Source: Candidatus Kryptoniota bacterium (GTDB taxonomy: Bacteria; Bacteroidota; Ignavibacteria; Kryptoniales; JAKASW01). Taken from it: 64,000 nt of DNA. The stretch spans positions 274,569-338,568 of the forward strand of contig JBMFVE010000002.1 of NCBI GenBank assembly GCA_049966155.1, given 5' to 3'. The position numbers were made by a program, and so were the translations under genes. A model generated the notes under the pieces. That model did not search any database. It was given only the letters and a program-made list of their open reading frames with translations, and was not told where the DNA came from. Positions 49,229 to 58,716 of the stretch are shown here, one piece after another (the first letter of the stretch is position 1; each line of letters opens with the position of its first letter).

Positions 49229-49966
49229 ATGTCAAATAATCATACAGGGTGGCCATTCAACCATGGTGTTCCACCCAGCTACCATACCGAGAAATCACAC
49301 ATACCGGGTGGCGGCATTGTCCGCGAACTGGTTTTTGGAGCCAACGATGGACTTGTTGCTGCTTTTGCAGTAGCATCGGGGGTAAATGGTGCGGGAGTAA
49401 CCAGTAGCATTATTCTCATTGCGGGGCTGGCCGAGCTGATAGGCGGAACAATATCCATGTCGCTGGGCGCTTACCTCTCTACAAAATCACAAATAGAATA
49501 CTATGATGGTGAAATGAAGCGCGAAAGATACGAAGTCGAACAATTTCCTGAGATTGAAAAACAGGAAATTCGAGAAATATATCAGGAAAAGGGATTCCAC
49601 GGTGAAATTCTGGAGAGAATAATCGAACATATAACCTCAGATAAGAATAGGTGGGTTGATATTATGATGAAGGAAGAATTGGGACTTTCACTGGATCAGT
49701 CAATCTCACCAATCAAATCAGCCTCAGCTATTGGAGCAGCTTATGCACTCGGGGCATTTATGCCAATCATTCCCTACATTTTCCTTCAACCGGCAGCTGG
49801 ACTGATCGCAAGTGGACTTCTGACACTTGCCGCTCTCTTCAGTGTTGGTGCTGCAAAGACATTTATCACAGGGAAAAAATTTCTGCGAAGTGGATTTGAG
49901 AGCATGATCATTGGTGGACTTGCAGCAACTGCTACTTTCCTTGCCGGGAAGTTAATTTCACATTAA
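49229..49966 (+). CDS. VIT1/CCC1 family iron/manganese transporter
   Basis: LVFGANDGLV, a central acidic cytoplasmic helix region, and C-terminal TM helices. Confidence 0.8.
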   Translation: MSNNHTGWPFNHGVPPSYHTEKSHIPGGGIVRELVFGANDGLVAAFAVASGVNGAGVTSSIILIAGLAELIGGTISMSLGAYLSTKSQIEYYDGEMKRERYEVEQFPEIEKQEIREIYQEKGFHGEILERIIEHITSDKNRWVDIMMKEELGLSLDQSISPIKSASAIGAAYALGAFMPIIPYIFLQPAAGLIASGLLTLAALFSVGAAKTFITGKKFLRSGFESMIIGGLAATATFLAGKLISH

Positions 49967-50032
49967 AGTTTAAACTTTAGAGCTATTTCAACCATAATAA
50001 TGGCTCCAGCTCAACCGGAGGTCAATCGTTTC

Positions 50033-50659
50033 CTACTCTGTTCCAAATATCCTGTCGCCAGCATCCCCCAGTCCCGGCAGTATATATCCGTTCCTGTTCA
50101 ATTCTCTGTCAAGAACAGCACAAAAGATGTGAACATCAGGATGTTCTCTATACATGAGCTCAACACCAGGTGGGGCTGCAACAACGCAGGAGAGCCGAAT
50201 GTTTTTTGCCTTCTTTTCCTTAAGATATCTTACGGCTGCAACCGCACTCCCTCCTGTAGCAAGCATTGGGTCAACCACTATAACTGCGCTGTTTGAGAGG
50301 TTTGCGGGAAATTTGGCATAATAATCAACAGGTTTTAACGTGGTTTCATCCCTGTATAGTCCAATGTGACCGACCTTTGCATCCGGAAGAAACTGCAGAA
50401 AAGCATCTACCATCCCCAGACCTGCCCTCAAAACAGGAACAAGTATGACATCCTCTGATATCTTATGGCCCTCAGTTGATTCAAGAGGTGTTTGTATTCT
50501 ATAAGAAACCGTTCGAAAATCCCTGGTAACCTCATAAACCATAAGCGCAGCAAGCCGCTTGAGCGCTACCCGAAATTCCTCACTGCGCGTATTCCTGTCG
50601 CGAAGCAAGCTAAGGTCACGCTTTAAAAGCGGGTGATCAATTATTGTCAAATTTTGCAT
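50033..50659 (-). CDS. upp: Uracil phosphoribosyltransferase
   Basis: VVDPMLATGGSA PRPP loop, YILPGLGDAGDRIFGT C-terminus. ATG at 50659 (MQNLTIIDHPL). Confidence 0.92.
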   Translation of the reverse strand: MQNLTIIDHPLLKRDLSLLRDRNTRSEEFRVALKRLAALMVYEVTRDFRTVSYRIQTPLESTEGHKISEDVILVPVLRAGLGMVDAFLQFLPDAKVGHIGLYRDETTLKPVDYYAKFPANLSNSAVIVVDPMLATGGSAVAAVRYLKEKKAKNIRLSCVVAAPPGVELMYREHPDVHIFCAVLDRELNRNGYILPGLGDAGDRIFGTE

Positions 50660-50698
50660 TGATTTTTTAGACAAAATTATCAAGTCGCCTAATCAAAA

Positions 50699-51517
50699 TC
50701 AAATCTGAGTTGCTGATACAGCTTCCCCCAGCATTGAAATGAGATCTACCACCGAACTTAGAGTGATATCTGGAATTACTCCTGTTGAGCTGTCATACTC
50801 AAGGTTATTATTTCCCGTCTTTACGTAAACTCCAATTAATCCGGCATCCTTAGCACCTTTGATATCATTTATTATTTCATCCCCAACCATTGCAAAATCG
50901 GCAGATAGCCACCTTTTCCCTTCCGCAACCCTGATATTATGCACAGCCATATTATAAAATTGCCTTGAAGGTTTACCTACCAATTTTGCTTCACGGCCAC
51001 TGGCATATTCCAGAGCAGCTACAAAGCTTCCGCTCCCTATTCTTACCCCATCGGTATCTCGTTGAAACCGATTTTTTCCAAGGGCAATAAGTTCAGCTCC
51101 ATTCATCAAAAATCTAAATGCCCTGTTTAATAGTTCGTAATCCATCCTGTTGCCTACATCACCAATCACAACATAATCTGGATTTTTTTCAGAATGCTCT
51201 ATCCCTTCAAATTCCTCTTCAAGTTGAGGAGAAGTAATAAAAAAGCACTTTACACCTTCAAACATTCTCAACATTTCTGCAGCGGCAGATGGAGCCGTTA
51301 TTATTTCATCACGATGAATGTCGATGCCGAAAGAATTTAGCTTCGCTACAATTTGAGAACGGCTCAGCATTGAAGTATTTGAGACGAGCCTGAAAATACG
51401 CCTTTGCTGCCGCATGGTATTGATAAACAAATCTGCACCGGGCACCAGCGAATTCCCAACATATATTGTTCCATCGAGGTCGACCAACCATGCTTTAATT
51501 TTTTTTATTATGTCCAT
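50699..51517 (-). CDS. HAD-IIA family hydrolase (NagD-like)
   Basis: WLVDLDGTIY motif I, SNTS motif II, GKP, MVGDEIINDI motif IV. Confidence 0.8.
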   Translation of the reverse strand: MDIIKKIKAWLVDLDGTIYVGNSLVPGADLFINTMRQQRRIFRLVSNTSMLSRSQIVAKLNSFGIDIHRDEIITAPSAAAEMLRMFEGVKCFFITSPQLEEEFEGIEHSEKNPDYVVIGDVGNRMDYELLNRAFRFLMNGAELIALGKNRFQRDTDGVRIGSGSFVAALEYASGREAKLVGKPSRQFYNMAVHNIRVAEGKRWLSADFAMVGDEIINDIKGAKDAGLIGVYVKTGNNNLEYDSSTGVIPDITLSSVVDLISMLGEAVSATQI

Positions 51518-51574
51518 TCTTTTTGATTTTGTCTTTCAACATTAATTTAATTAAAAACGGCTTCAACTGCATTA

Positions 51575-51608
51575 AATAAAAAAGCCAGGTCTCAAACTTA
51601 GACCTGGC
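51575..51608 (-). terminator. Rho-independent terminator closing the cytochrome operon
   Basis: GCCAGGTCT-7 nt-AGACCTGGC perfect 9-bp stem, followed on the minus strand by TTTTTTATTT. Confidence 0.8.
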
Positions 51609-51637
51609 ACTGAATCTCCTAAAACCCATCCTTTGCC

Positions 51638-52495
51638 TTACCAGACCGTAAGTTCATGACCATATAAATTTAACTTCCCGTTTATATGCGTGCTATCAAC
51701 CATTGTCCCATTAGAATCTTTCAAGGTTGGATAATGACATTTAAAACATGTTTGAATTGTCTGTCCTTTATGAACAGAATTATTCGGAGGAATTCCATGG
51801 CAAGTACCGCAGGCAGCCTGATCATGACCCCCTGTCCATTTTGGTGAAAAGTTGTTTCCATTCTTGAAATTTCCATGGCAATAAGTGTTGGAGCAACTCA
51901 AGGTCTGAGAATTAAAAAATGGCGCAGGTGAAATGGTGGGCTGGGTGCTGTCATAATACTGACTTGAAGGAGTGTTGGTCGCAACAGTAGATAACCCGGA
52001 AAATGCAACTATTGCCGGGACTCCAAACGGATGGATACCTGGGCCCGCCTTCTGGGGAACAACATGACAGGAACTGCACCTGACACCTGAAGAAATAAAC
52101 CCACCACTGAGATGTACTCTGTGTGCTCCTACTCCCGGGCTTTCTGAACCTGTATTCCCGGACAGATCAACGGGAGGTGCTATTCCTGTGGAGTCTCCGT
52201 GGCATGTGTTGCAGGAGAGTGGTCCATTAATTCCCTGGTGACATGTGTAACAGGACTTTCCAGCTGTACCACCCTTAAAATCATTTCCATGACATGTAGC
52301 ACATGTGGACAAATCGTAGTGATTGTTCTTTATAAATTTGCCATGAAAGTTAGGAGAATTCATATCTGTCCACCCGGCTGGATGTATATCACCCTGGGAG
52401 GGTTGCGGTGCAAGTATGTTTTGCTGAAGCTTGCTGCATCCAGTTAATGAAACAGTGATTAACACCATAAATAAAATCGATAAGTATATTCTCAT
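51638..52495 (-). CDS. Lipoprotein multiheme c-type cytochrome (6 CXXCH + 1 CX4CH)
   Basis: Lipobox LTGC. CATCH, CYTCH, CNTCH, CSSCH, CSNTYCH, CGTCH, CFKCH. The CSNTYCHG...CGTCHG pairing resembles the Geobacter CxxxxCH...CXXCH domain. Confidence 0.85.
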   Translation of the reverse strand: MRIYLSILFMVLITVSLTGCSKLQQNILAPQPSQGDIHPAGWTDMNSPNFHGKFIKNNHYDLSTCATCHGNDFKGGTAGKSCYTCHQGINGPLSCNTCHGDSTGIAPPVDLSGNTGSESPGVGAHRVHLSGGFISSGVRCSSCHVVPQKAGPGIHPFGVPAIVAFSGLSTVATNTPSSQYYDSTQPTISPAPFFNSQTLSCSNTYCHGNFKNGNNFSPKWTGGHDQAACGTCHGIPPNNSVHKGQTIQTCFKCHYPTLKDSNGTMVDSTHINGKLNLYGHELTVW

Positions 52496-52507
52496 TTTTG
52501 CACTCCG

Positions 52508-53758
52508 CTATTTTCTCCCGTGACAGTAACCGCAAAATCCAACGCCCGGGGTACCACCAGGATGGGCATTTGGATCTGTATGACAGGTGTAGCAAACCGC
52601 ACCTGCATCTGTGTGCCAATTTCCATCAACATCGCGCATATAAAAAGCAGAATGAGTTTTGGGATCGTTACCTTTTATACCATCGGGGTCATTATGACAT
52701 GTTACACAGGTGGGATCAGCACCCTGTATATCGTGACAGCTTGCACAACTTTCAATGTCCTTCCGTGCATAAACTGCATGCCTTCCACCTCCACTGCCAA
52801 CTCCAAAAGTTACAAAATCCCCTCCATCATGCCACACAGGTTTAATTCTCTCTCCGTTGGACTCATGGCATTTCACACAAAAGGTTCGCTCATCATGACA
52901 GGTATAGCAATTGCTTTCCCTTCCCTTCGCATCAATTGAATGAGTGAATCTATAATTGAGACTATGAACCCTTTGCACAGTAAGCTTTTTGTGGGTCGTC
53001 AGAGGAGAGAGTGTAGGGGTAGATGGCACATAAATTTGCGCCGGATTTAAATCCTTAGCAAGATTTGCTGCATCGTGGCACTCCTGACATGAAGCTGACG
53101 TGTGACATGACCTGCAATCATTTTGTGCCCCGCTAGCATTTACAAAATTTTTATGCTGTGTGATGAAATCAGAAGATTTGTGAGAAACAGGAATAAGATT
53201 GGCAAGATCCTTATGACAGGTTTCGCACCCGCCAGGCGCAGTTTTTACCAGCGATGCTTGAATTACAGTGTCCCTGGGGGCATTTCTTTCAAGTTGCCCG
53301 TGACAGGTTGTGCAAAGCGACATGCTTGGGAAAGCCCGGGCATCCTGATAAGCATAGTCGAACCTGTTTAGGTCCTGATGACAGGTTTCGCACTTAAGCT
53401 TAAGAGAGCTGTAATGTTCCTTATGTGAAAAATAAACCGTGCTCGATTTTTGAACAAGCTTTCGGTAAGCTGTGCTATCAGTACCAATATGACAGAACTC
53501 ACAGCTCGTAGAGGATTGATCGTGACATGTATAGCATGTCTCCATAGAGGGCATGAGATTATCGGTTTCGCTAATGCTGGAAGTGGCTTTCCCATGGCAG
53601 TCAGTGCATGAAGCTCCTACGTCATTGATATGCAATTTGTGTGAAAACTTAATCAATGAAGAATTGTTCAACTTTGGAGCATTCTTGACCGCAAACAAAT
53701 TTGAAATAGAAAGAAGAGCGACAATTAAAGCTATACTAAAAAAACTTATTTTATTCAT
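52508..53758 (-). CDS. Secreted 14-heme c-type cytochrome (cytochrome c3/c7-type repeats)
   Basis: Signal peptide, 14 CXXCH motifs counted, repeated F-x-H-x2-H...CxxCH pattern. Confidence 0.88.
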   Translation of the reverse strand: MNKISFFSIALIVALLSISNLFAVKNAPKLNNSSLIKFSHKLHINDVGASCTDCHGKATSSISETDNLMPSMETCYTCHDQSSTSCEFCHIGTDSTAYRKLVQKSSTVYFSHKEHYSSLKLKCETCHQDLNRFDYAYQDARAFPSMSLCTTCHGQLERNAPRDTVIQASLVKTAPGGCETCHKDLANLIPVSHKSSDFITQHKNFVNASGAQNDCRSCHTSASCQECHDAANLAKDLNPAQIYVPSTPTLSPLTTHKKLTVQRVHSLNYRFTHSIDAKGRESNCYTCHDERTFCVKCHESNGERIKPVWHDGGDFVTFGVGSGGGRHAVYARKDIESCASCHDIQGADPTCVTCHNDPDGIKGNDPKTHSAFYMRDVDGNWHTDAGAVCYTCHTDPNAHPGGTPGVGFCGYCHGRK

Positions 53759-53759
53759 A

Positions 53760-55064
53760 TCACTCTCCTTTCGAAAACCATGCCAGGTTTCTAAAGAAAT
53801 AATAATTAACCCGTAAGTAGCCTCTCATATCATTGAGATATACCGGATTTCTCAAATATTGAGCCTGAATGTCAAACGACAACAAACTCATTGGTCTGAA
53901 TGTCAACCCGAGAGTCCCACTGTAAATTCTGGTCAAATCTGACTGGCCCTGTAGATACCTGTAATCACTAAAAGACGCAGCACCAATTAAAATTAACTTT
54001 CTATTGAAGAGGGGATACAAAATCTGTGCGCTTACTCCGTTGAGATTGCCAGCAAAACCATCATTGTGGGAATAAGTAATTGAAAAAAGCCGGTAAGTTC
54101 CACCAACAGAAATCTGGGAGGCATTGTCTCCAGTATAATAAACCTTTCCAGCAGAAACGAAAAACGTAATATCGCTTGCAAAGAGGTAGTTCACCCCAAT
54201 ATCATACTCATCTGTTCCACTGTGGTCAAAAACAGAAAAAATTGAATTAAATGGGAGCCTCGAATCCCGGTGGAAATATTCAACATTTAATACAAGAGGG
54301 CGGAATATCGAATATCTGAGTGACGCTTCTGTGCGATTAAACTTTGAAAAATTAAGGTCATAGTCAACCCTCAAATAGCCTGAAGCTTTCTCGTTATAAT
54401 AAAAGATATCTCCAGATACAAACTGATTTGCAACAGACGATGGATCCACCAGAACAGTCCTGACATCCGATGGCGATCCAAGTGTATCCCTTCGCAACGC
54501 ATAGTAGCTTTCGGGCTTAAAGTTTTTATTCACATAGCTTCCTGTAAATGAAAGTCCTTCCACTGGCGAGTATGATGCCTGAGCCCCAATTAAATTGTTG
54601 TTTTTAATGTTGGAATTGATCTTGACAGACTCGTCATAAGGTGGCAGGATACCGCCAAAGAGAGTTATCTTTACCTTATCGTCAATCAATCTGGCATCGG
54701 CACTTAATCCATCTACAGCAGAAACGCCAACACGTGAAAAAACCGGCTGCCTTCCTAATTTCAAGGTGAAAACATCGCCAAGGTTTCTAATCTCGACGTA
54801 CAAATTTGCGGCGCGCAGCCGCGGATCACCACTCAACCTTGTAAGGAAGTCATTTGTTGCAAGAAGGTATGAATGCAATTGATATCTGGAATTTCCGAAA
54901 TTCAACTGCATTGCTTCGTACCCCCGCAAACTCAACTTGCTTGAATTGGTGGTATCATATTGCTGGTATGAGTAGAGAGTTGTGACAAACCTGCCACTAA
55001 ACAACTGCGCGCTCGCTTCACCCGAAAGGAAGAGGAGAAGAGCTAAAAACAGGATCTGTCTCAC
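53760..55064 (-). CDS. Putative outer-membrane beta-barrel protein (no heme motifs)
   Basis: GTG start after GGAAGG. Signal peptide MRQILFLALLLFLSGEASAQ. No Cys, alternating hydrophobic/polar strands rich in Y/F/G/N/S, aromatic-rich C-terminal region (RVNYYFF). Confidence 0.6.
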   Translation of the reverse strand: MRQILFLALLLFLSGEASAQLFSGRFVTTLYSYQQYDTTNSSKLSLRGYEAMQLNFGNSRYQLHSYLLATNDFLTRLSGDPRLRAANLYVEIRNLGDVFTLKLGRQPVFSRVGVSAVDGLSADARLIDDKVKITLFGGILPPYDESVKINSNIKNNNLIGAQASYSPVEGLSFTGSYVNKNFKPESYYALRRDTLGSPSDVRTVLVDPSSVANQFVSGDIFYYNEKASGYLRVDYDLNFSKFNRTEASLRYSIFRPLVLNVEYFHRDSRLPFNSIFSVFDHSGTDEYDIGVNYLFASDITFFVSAGKVYYTGDNASQISVGGTYRLFSITYSHNDGFAGNLNGVSAQILYPLFNRKLILIGAASFSDYRYLQGQSDLTRIYSGTLGLTFRPMSLLSFDIQAQYLRNPVYLNDMRGYLRVNYYFFRNLAWFSKGE

Positions 55065-55099
55065 AGTTCACCTTCCTTCATAATTGGGAACGTTAAATT

Positions 55100-55648
55100 T
55101 TACTTTGGAATCGGGTGTGCAATTTGTGCCCACATCTTACTGAAATCAAATCCTTTGAAAGTTGGACTCTTCTTGTTATGGCACTCTTCACATTTCTTCT
55201 GTGCGCTGCCATCTTTAACGGATAGAAGAATTAATCCGTTTTCAGCTGCTTTCTTTCGATCTTTCATAATGCTCATGGTCTTATAGTCGTTTCCTGGCCC
55301 GTGGCATGTCTCACACTGAACACCATCCTGTTTGTTGAACTTAGGACCAAGCAAAGATGCAGGAGCATTGTAAGCAGTAACGTGGCATTCAAGGCATTCT
55401 GGAGATTCTGACGGTTTGCCTTTTACTCCGTGCTCCTTCGCCACTTTTTCAGCTTCAGCAGTGAGGAGCGTCTTATAAGCCTGAGAATGCTTGCTGGCCT
55501 GCCACTTCTGGAACTGTTCTCCCTGTTTGGCAGTCTTGTGACACATTGCGCAGACCTGAACACCTACATATTGGTGCCCGGTTCCAGCGGCGTATGCCAA
55601 TGTAGTCACCATAAATAATGCCGCAATCATCTGAACTGTAGTTTTCAT
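55100..55648 (-). CDS. Periplasmic tetraheme c-type cytochrome (c554-like family)
   Basis: ATG 55648 after GGAGG, signal peptide. CAMCH, CLECH, CETCH, CEECH. The segment CAMCHKTAKQGEQFQKWQASKHSQAY is typical of the c554/multiheme family. Confidence 0.85.
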   Translation of the reverse strand: MKTTVQMIAALFMVTTLAYAAGTGHQYVGVQVCAMCHKTAKQGEQFQKWQASKHSQAYKTLLTAEAEKVAKEHGVKGKPSESPECLECHVTAYNAPASLLGPKFNKQDGVQCETCHGPGNDYKTMSIMKDRKKAAENGLILLSVKDGSAQKKCEECHNKKSPTFKGFDFSKMWAQIAHPIPK

Positions 55649-55685
55649 ATTTTTACCTCCATCTTTTGTTTTGATGCAGCTTATT

Positions 55686-56090
55686 TTATATCTCATAATT
55701 AACTATACACTCATCGCAATAAGTTCTTGTTGGAGATTTTTCCAGCTGTTTTATACCTATGAACTTCCCACACCCCTCACAAATACCAAATAACCCAGAT
55801 TTAATCCTGCTCATTGCCAGTTCCAGCTCTTTCATCTCAGTTTCCTCCTTAATTGCCATTTCACACCTGTAGCCAGGTTCTATCTTGCAACGAGGGTTTT
55901 CCATATCGCACGTACTGCAAATGAATGCCTCACCGCTGGCAATGTTCATTACTGCATCTGGTTCAAGGTACATCACGCGCAAAAGGAATTCCATCCGTCT
56001 CTCTATTATTTTTCTAAAATGCCTGTTCAATTCAGGGTCAATTGTTACCTTTTCCTTCAATGTCATCCTTTCTAACTTTTGCGTTTCCAT
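55686..56090 (-). CDS. DksA/TraR C4-type zinc-finger protein (copy 2) with an extra Cys cluster
   Basis: CEGC-17 aa-CDEC, plus upstream CSTC..C..C. The start is uncertain (ATG 56090 or 56066; track TTG 56141). It overlaps the 3' end of the 892-aa gene by 29-53 nt. Confidence 0.65.
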   Translation of the reverse strand: METQKLERMTLKEKVTIDPELNRHFRKIIERRMEFLLRVMYLEPDAVMNIASGEAFICSTCDMENPRCKIEPGYRCEMAIKEETEMKELELAMSRIKSGLFGICEGCGKFIGIKQLEKSPTRTYCDECIVNYEI

Positions 56091-58716
56091 TGTCAACAAT
56101 GATATCCTCGCCCCCTTTCTCACGAAGACGCTGCAGTTCAAGTGGATGTTCCTTAAACATCTCCTCTTCGCTCAACATTCCAGTAATGCAGGCGGGATTA
56201 AGTGGATACACATCAGGATTAAAAATAACAAAATAAAAATGCCAGACGAGTATCGCCAGTGATGCCAGTACCGCTTCGTAGTAATGTATCAAAGTTGCAG
56301 CATCCATTCCAATCGGTCCAACAATCCCCAGAAAATAATTATTGAACCACAAAATGAATCCCGTTAATCCCATTATTACCGTTCCCCAAATTAATGCGAG
56401 ATACTCAAACTTTTCTATATAACTGAACCGACCCAACTGAGGCTTTTCTTTAGATAGACCCAAATTATATTTAAATACACCTACCAGATCTCTTAAATCC
56501 TGTACCTTCGGGATCATATCAATAACAAATTTCCTTCCACGTTCTGTAAAAATTACATAAAAAATGTGATAAATGGCATCCGCAATAAGTATAACAGCTG
56601 CTACCCTGTGAATTACCCCACGAAGTTCGACAAAGTTGTTACCAAAAATGTCCCTTATTGGCTTAACCCACCATGAGTCTGGAAATTTTAGCATAAAACC
56701 GGTTACCACAAGGGTAATAAAACTCAGCAACAATAATAAATGTTGTATCCGTTCGTTCAGTGTCATTCTCAAGTAAAGTTTATAACCGGTCGACCAGGTT
56801 GTGTCATACCCTCTTTGATGACGCATTCTTCTAATGACTTTCTTTGTGAAGTCTAAAACATTATGAAAAACCATCATCCCAATTGTGCCTATAATAAGTA
56901 CGATATATATCTGCGATATCCAGAAAAGGAGAGGTTCTTTTCTGGATGAAGGAAGTACATGAACTTGGCCTGCTACAAATCTTTTATCCGCTCCCGGATG
57001 GCATTTCCCGCATGTCGATGCGAGATTCTTGGGATTTATTGGAGATGTTGGATCAGACGATGGCTTTATGTCGTGAGCACCATGACAACTTGCACAGTTT
57101 GCGACAGTTGCCGACCCTCCCTGCATAGCCAATCCGTGATAGCTGTCCAGGTAACTAACTACAGCGTGTGAAGGCAACTTATACCTGGATGTCAACTGTA
57201 CGGAGCCATGGCACTGAGAACATGCGCGCGCCACATTGACATTGGATACAGTTGACTGTGGATTCCCAGGCGATAATATCTGATGCATCCCGTGGCAATC
57301 AGTACAAACAGGAGCATCCTTATTCCCTGCAACAAGTGCCTCCCCATGAATTCCTTTCATATATTTTGTAAAAACCTCGTCATGACAACCGGCCTGTCCA
57401 CATGTCCCCGGGATATTGTTTTTAAAGACCTTCGAGTCAGGATCACCTGCAGGCAGCATATCATGTGCACCATGACAGTCACTGCAGGTAGCCGCTTTCA
57501 AGTTTCCCCTCGAAAGGGCAACCATATGGACACTGTTTTTTATGCTTAGCAGGAAGGCCGCAGATACTCCCGTCATATTCAGCACTTCTTTATTTTCGAC
57601 GTGACACTTCAGACATAAATTGGGCTCGTTGGCACGACTTGTTGGTGCATTTGGATTCCTTATAGATTCAATTGAATGCTCTTCATGACAATCTGTGCAC
57701 ACCGGAGCATACTTAATCCCATGTAAAAGAGCTTTACCATGGGAGGATTTCAAATAGTGTTCCTCAACATCACTATGGCATTTCCCGCATGTTCTTACAA
57801 TATTTGCTCGATTCACACTCGATGTCGGATCATTTGCAGGCTTAATAGTATGACCTTCGTGACAATCTACACAGGTAGCTCCTTTTTGATTCTTATTGAG
57901 AAGATCTGCATGAATGCTGTGAGAATATTGCTCTACCAGTGAAGTAAGTTGAACCCCGCCGGTTGATTTCATCCCTTTAAAAAGCTTCTGATTCGTGTGA
58001 CACTTAAAACATGCGTTTTTTGAGATTTCCCTGGAATCATTAACGGTTCTATGTGCCGTGTGACATGTCACACATGTAAGCACTCCATCAGCAAGCGGTA
58101 TTTTATGGATCCCCGCTGCTACCGCTGCACTGTCAGATTTGTGGCATGTCGAACACATCCTGGTTTGATCTTGAGGAAGGATGTTTTTCACCACCTGAAC
58201 TTTATGAGCTTTCAAATGGCATGATTCACATGAAAATAAAGAGTCGGCAACCTTCACACCGGAATGCCGTGAAGTGAGATATGACTTCTCTCTTTGATGG
58301 CATTTTAAGCAAAACTGAGCCGAAGCAAGTTTTTCAGGCGGATAAATATCATGGGTACCATGACAACCAGAGCAGCTAACTTTTTCGTGTGCAAATTTCG
58401 ACCGTTCAACCCTGGAAGTACCGAATTTAACATCGTGGCAATTATTGCAATTAACTGTTAAAACCCCCTTACTGTGTGGAATTGAATCTGGATTAAAACC
58501 AACATGACAATCCACACAGGCTAATTCACCGTGAACTGATGAATCGAAAATTTTCGAATCGACATAGAGACTTAATTCCTTCCCGTTCCTTTTGGTTGTG
58601 AGGGAGCTGTCAGAATGGCAGACAAGGCAGTCATTATTTCCCTCTGGAAATCCAGCCTGTGAGGTTAAAATAAGAATGAAAACGATTTCGACAATTCTAA
58701 AATAGTTTTTAATCAT
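56038..58716 (-). CDS. 19-heme c-type cytochrome fused to a C-terminal 4-5 TM cytochrome-b (HydC/FdnI-like) module
   Basis: Signal/anchor. 18 CXXCH + 1 CX4CH (CGQAGCH) in aa 30-575. aa ~595-840 holds five hydrophobic helices with conserved His (IQH, IHR..YH, IH..WH). Confidence 0.88.
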   Translation of the reverse strand: MIKNYFRIVEIVFILILTSQAGFPEGNNDCLVCHSDSSLTTKRNGKELSLYVDSKIFDSSVHGELACVDCHVGFNPDSIPHSKGVLTVNCNNCHDVKFGTSRVERSKFAHEKVSCSGCHGTHDIYPPEKLASAQFCLKCHQREKSYLTSRHSGVKVADSLFSCESCHLKAHKVQVVKNILPQDQTRMCSTCHKSDSAAVAAGIHKIPLADGVLTCVTCHTAHRTVNDSREISKNACFKCHTNQKLFKGMKSTGGVQLTSLVEQYSHSIHADLLNKNQKGATCVDCHEGHTIKPANDPTSSVNRANIVRTCGKCHSDVEEHYLKSSHGKALLHGIKYAPVCTDCHEEHSIESIRNPNAPTSRANEPNLCLKCHVENKEVLNMTGVSAAFLLSIKNSVHMVALSRGNLKAATCSDCHGAHDMLPAGDPDSKVFKNNIPGTCGQAGCHDEVFTKYMKGIHGEALVAGNKDAPVCTDCHGMHQILSPGNPQSTVSNVNVARACSQCHGSVQLTSRYKLPSHAVVSYLDSYHGLAMQGGSATVANCASCHGAHDIKPSSDPTSPINPKNLASTCGKCHPGADKRFVAGQVHVLPSSRKEPLLFWISQIYIVLIIGTIGMMVFHNVLDFTKKVIRRMRHQRGYDTTWSTGYKLYLRMTLNERIQHLLLLLSFITLVVTGFMLKFPDSWWVKPIRDIFGNNFVELRGVIHRVAAVILIADAIYHIFYVIFTERGRKFVIDMIPKVQDLRDLVGVFKYNLGLSKEKPQLGRFSYIEKFEYLALIWGTVIMGLTGFILWFNNYFLGIVGPIGMDAATLIHYYEAVLASLAILVWHFYFVIFNPDVYPLNPACITGMLSEEEMFKEHPLELQRLREKGGEDIIVDNGNAKVRKDDIEGKGNN

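Noticed and set aside
51605-51610. TGGCAC hexamer on the plus strand.
   Set aside because: It is the descending arm of the operon terminator hairpin. No TTGC lies at the correct spacing and there is no downstream plus-strand gene.
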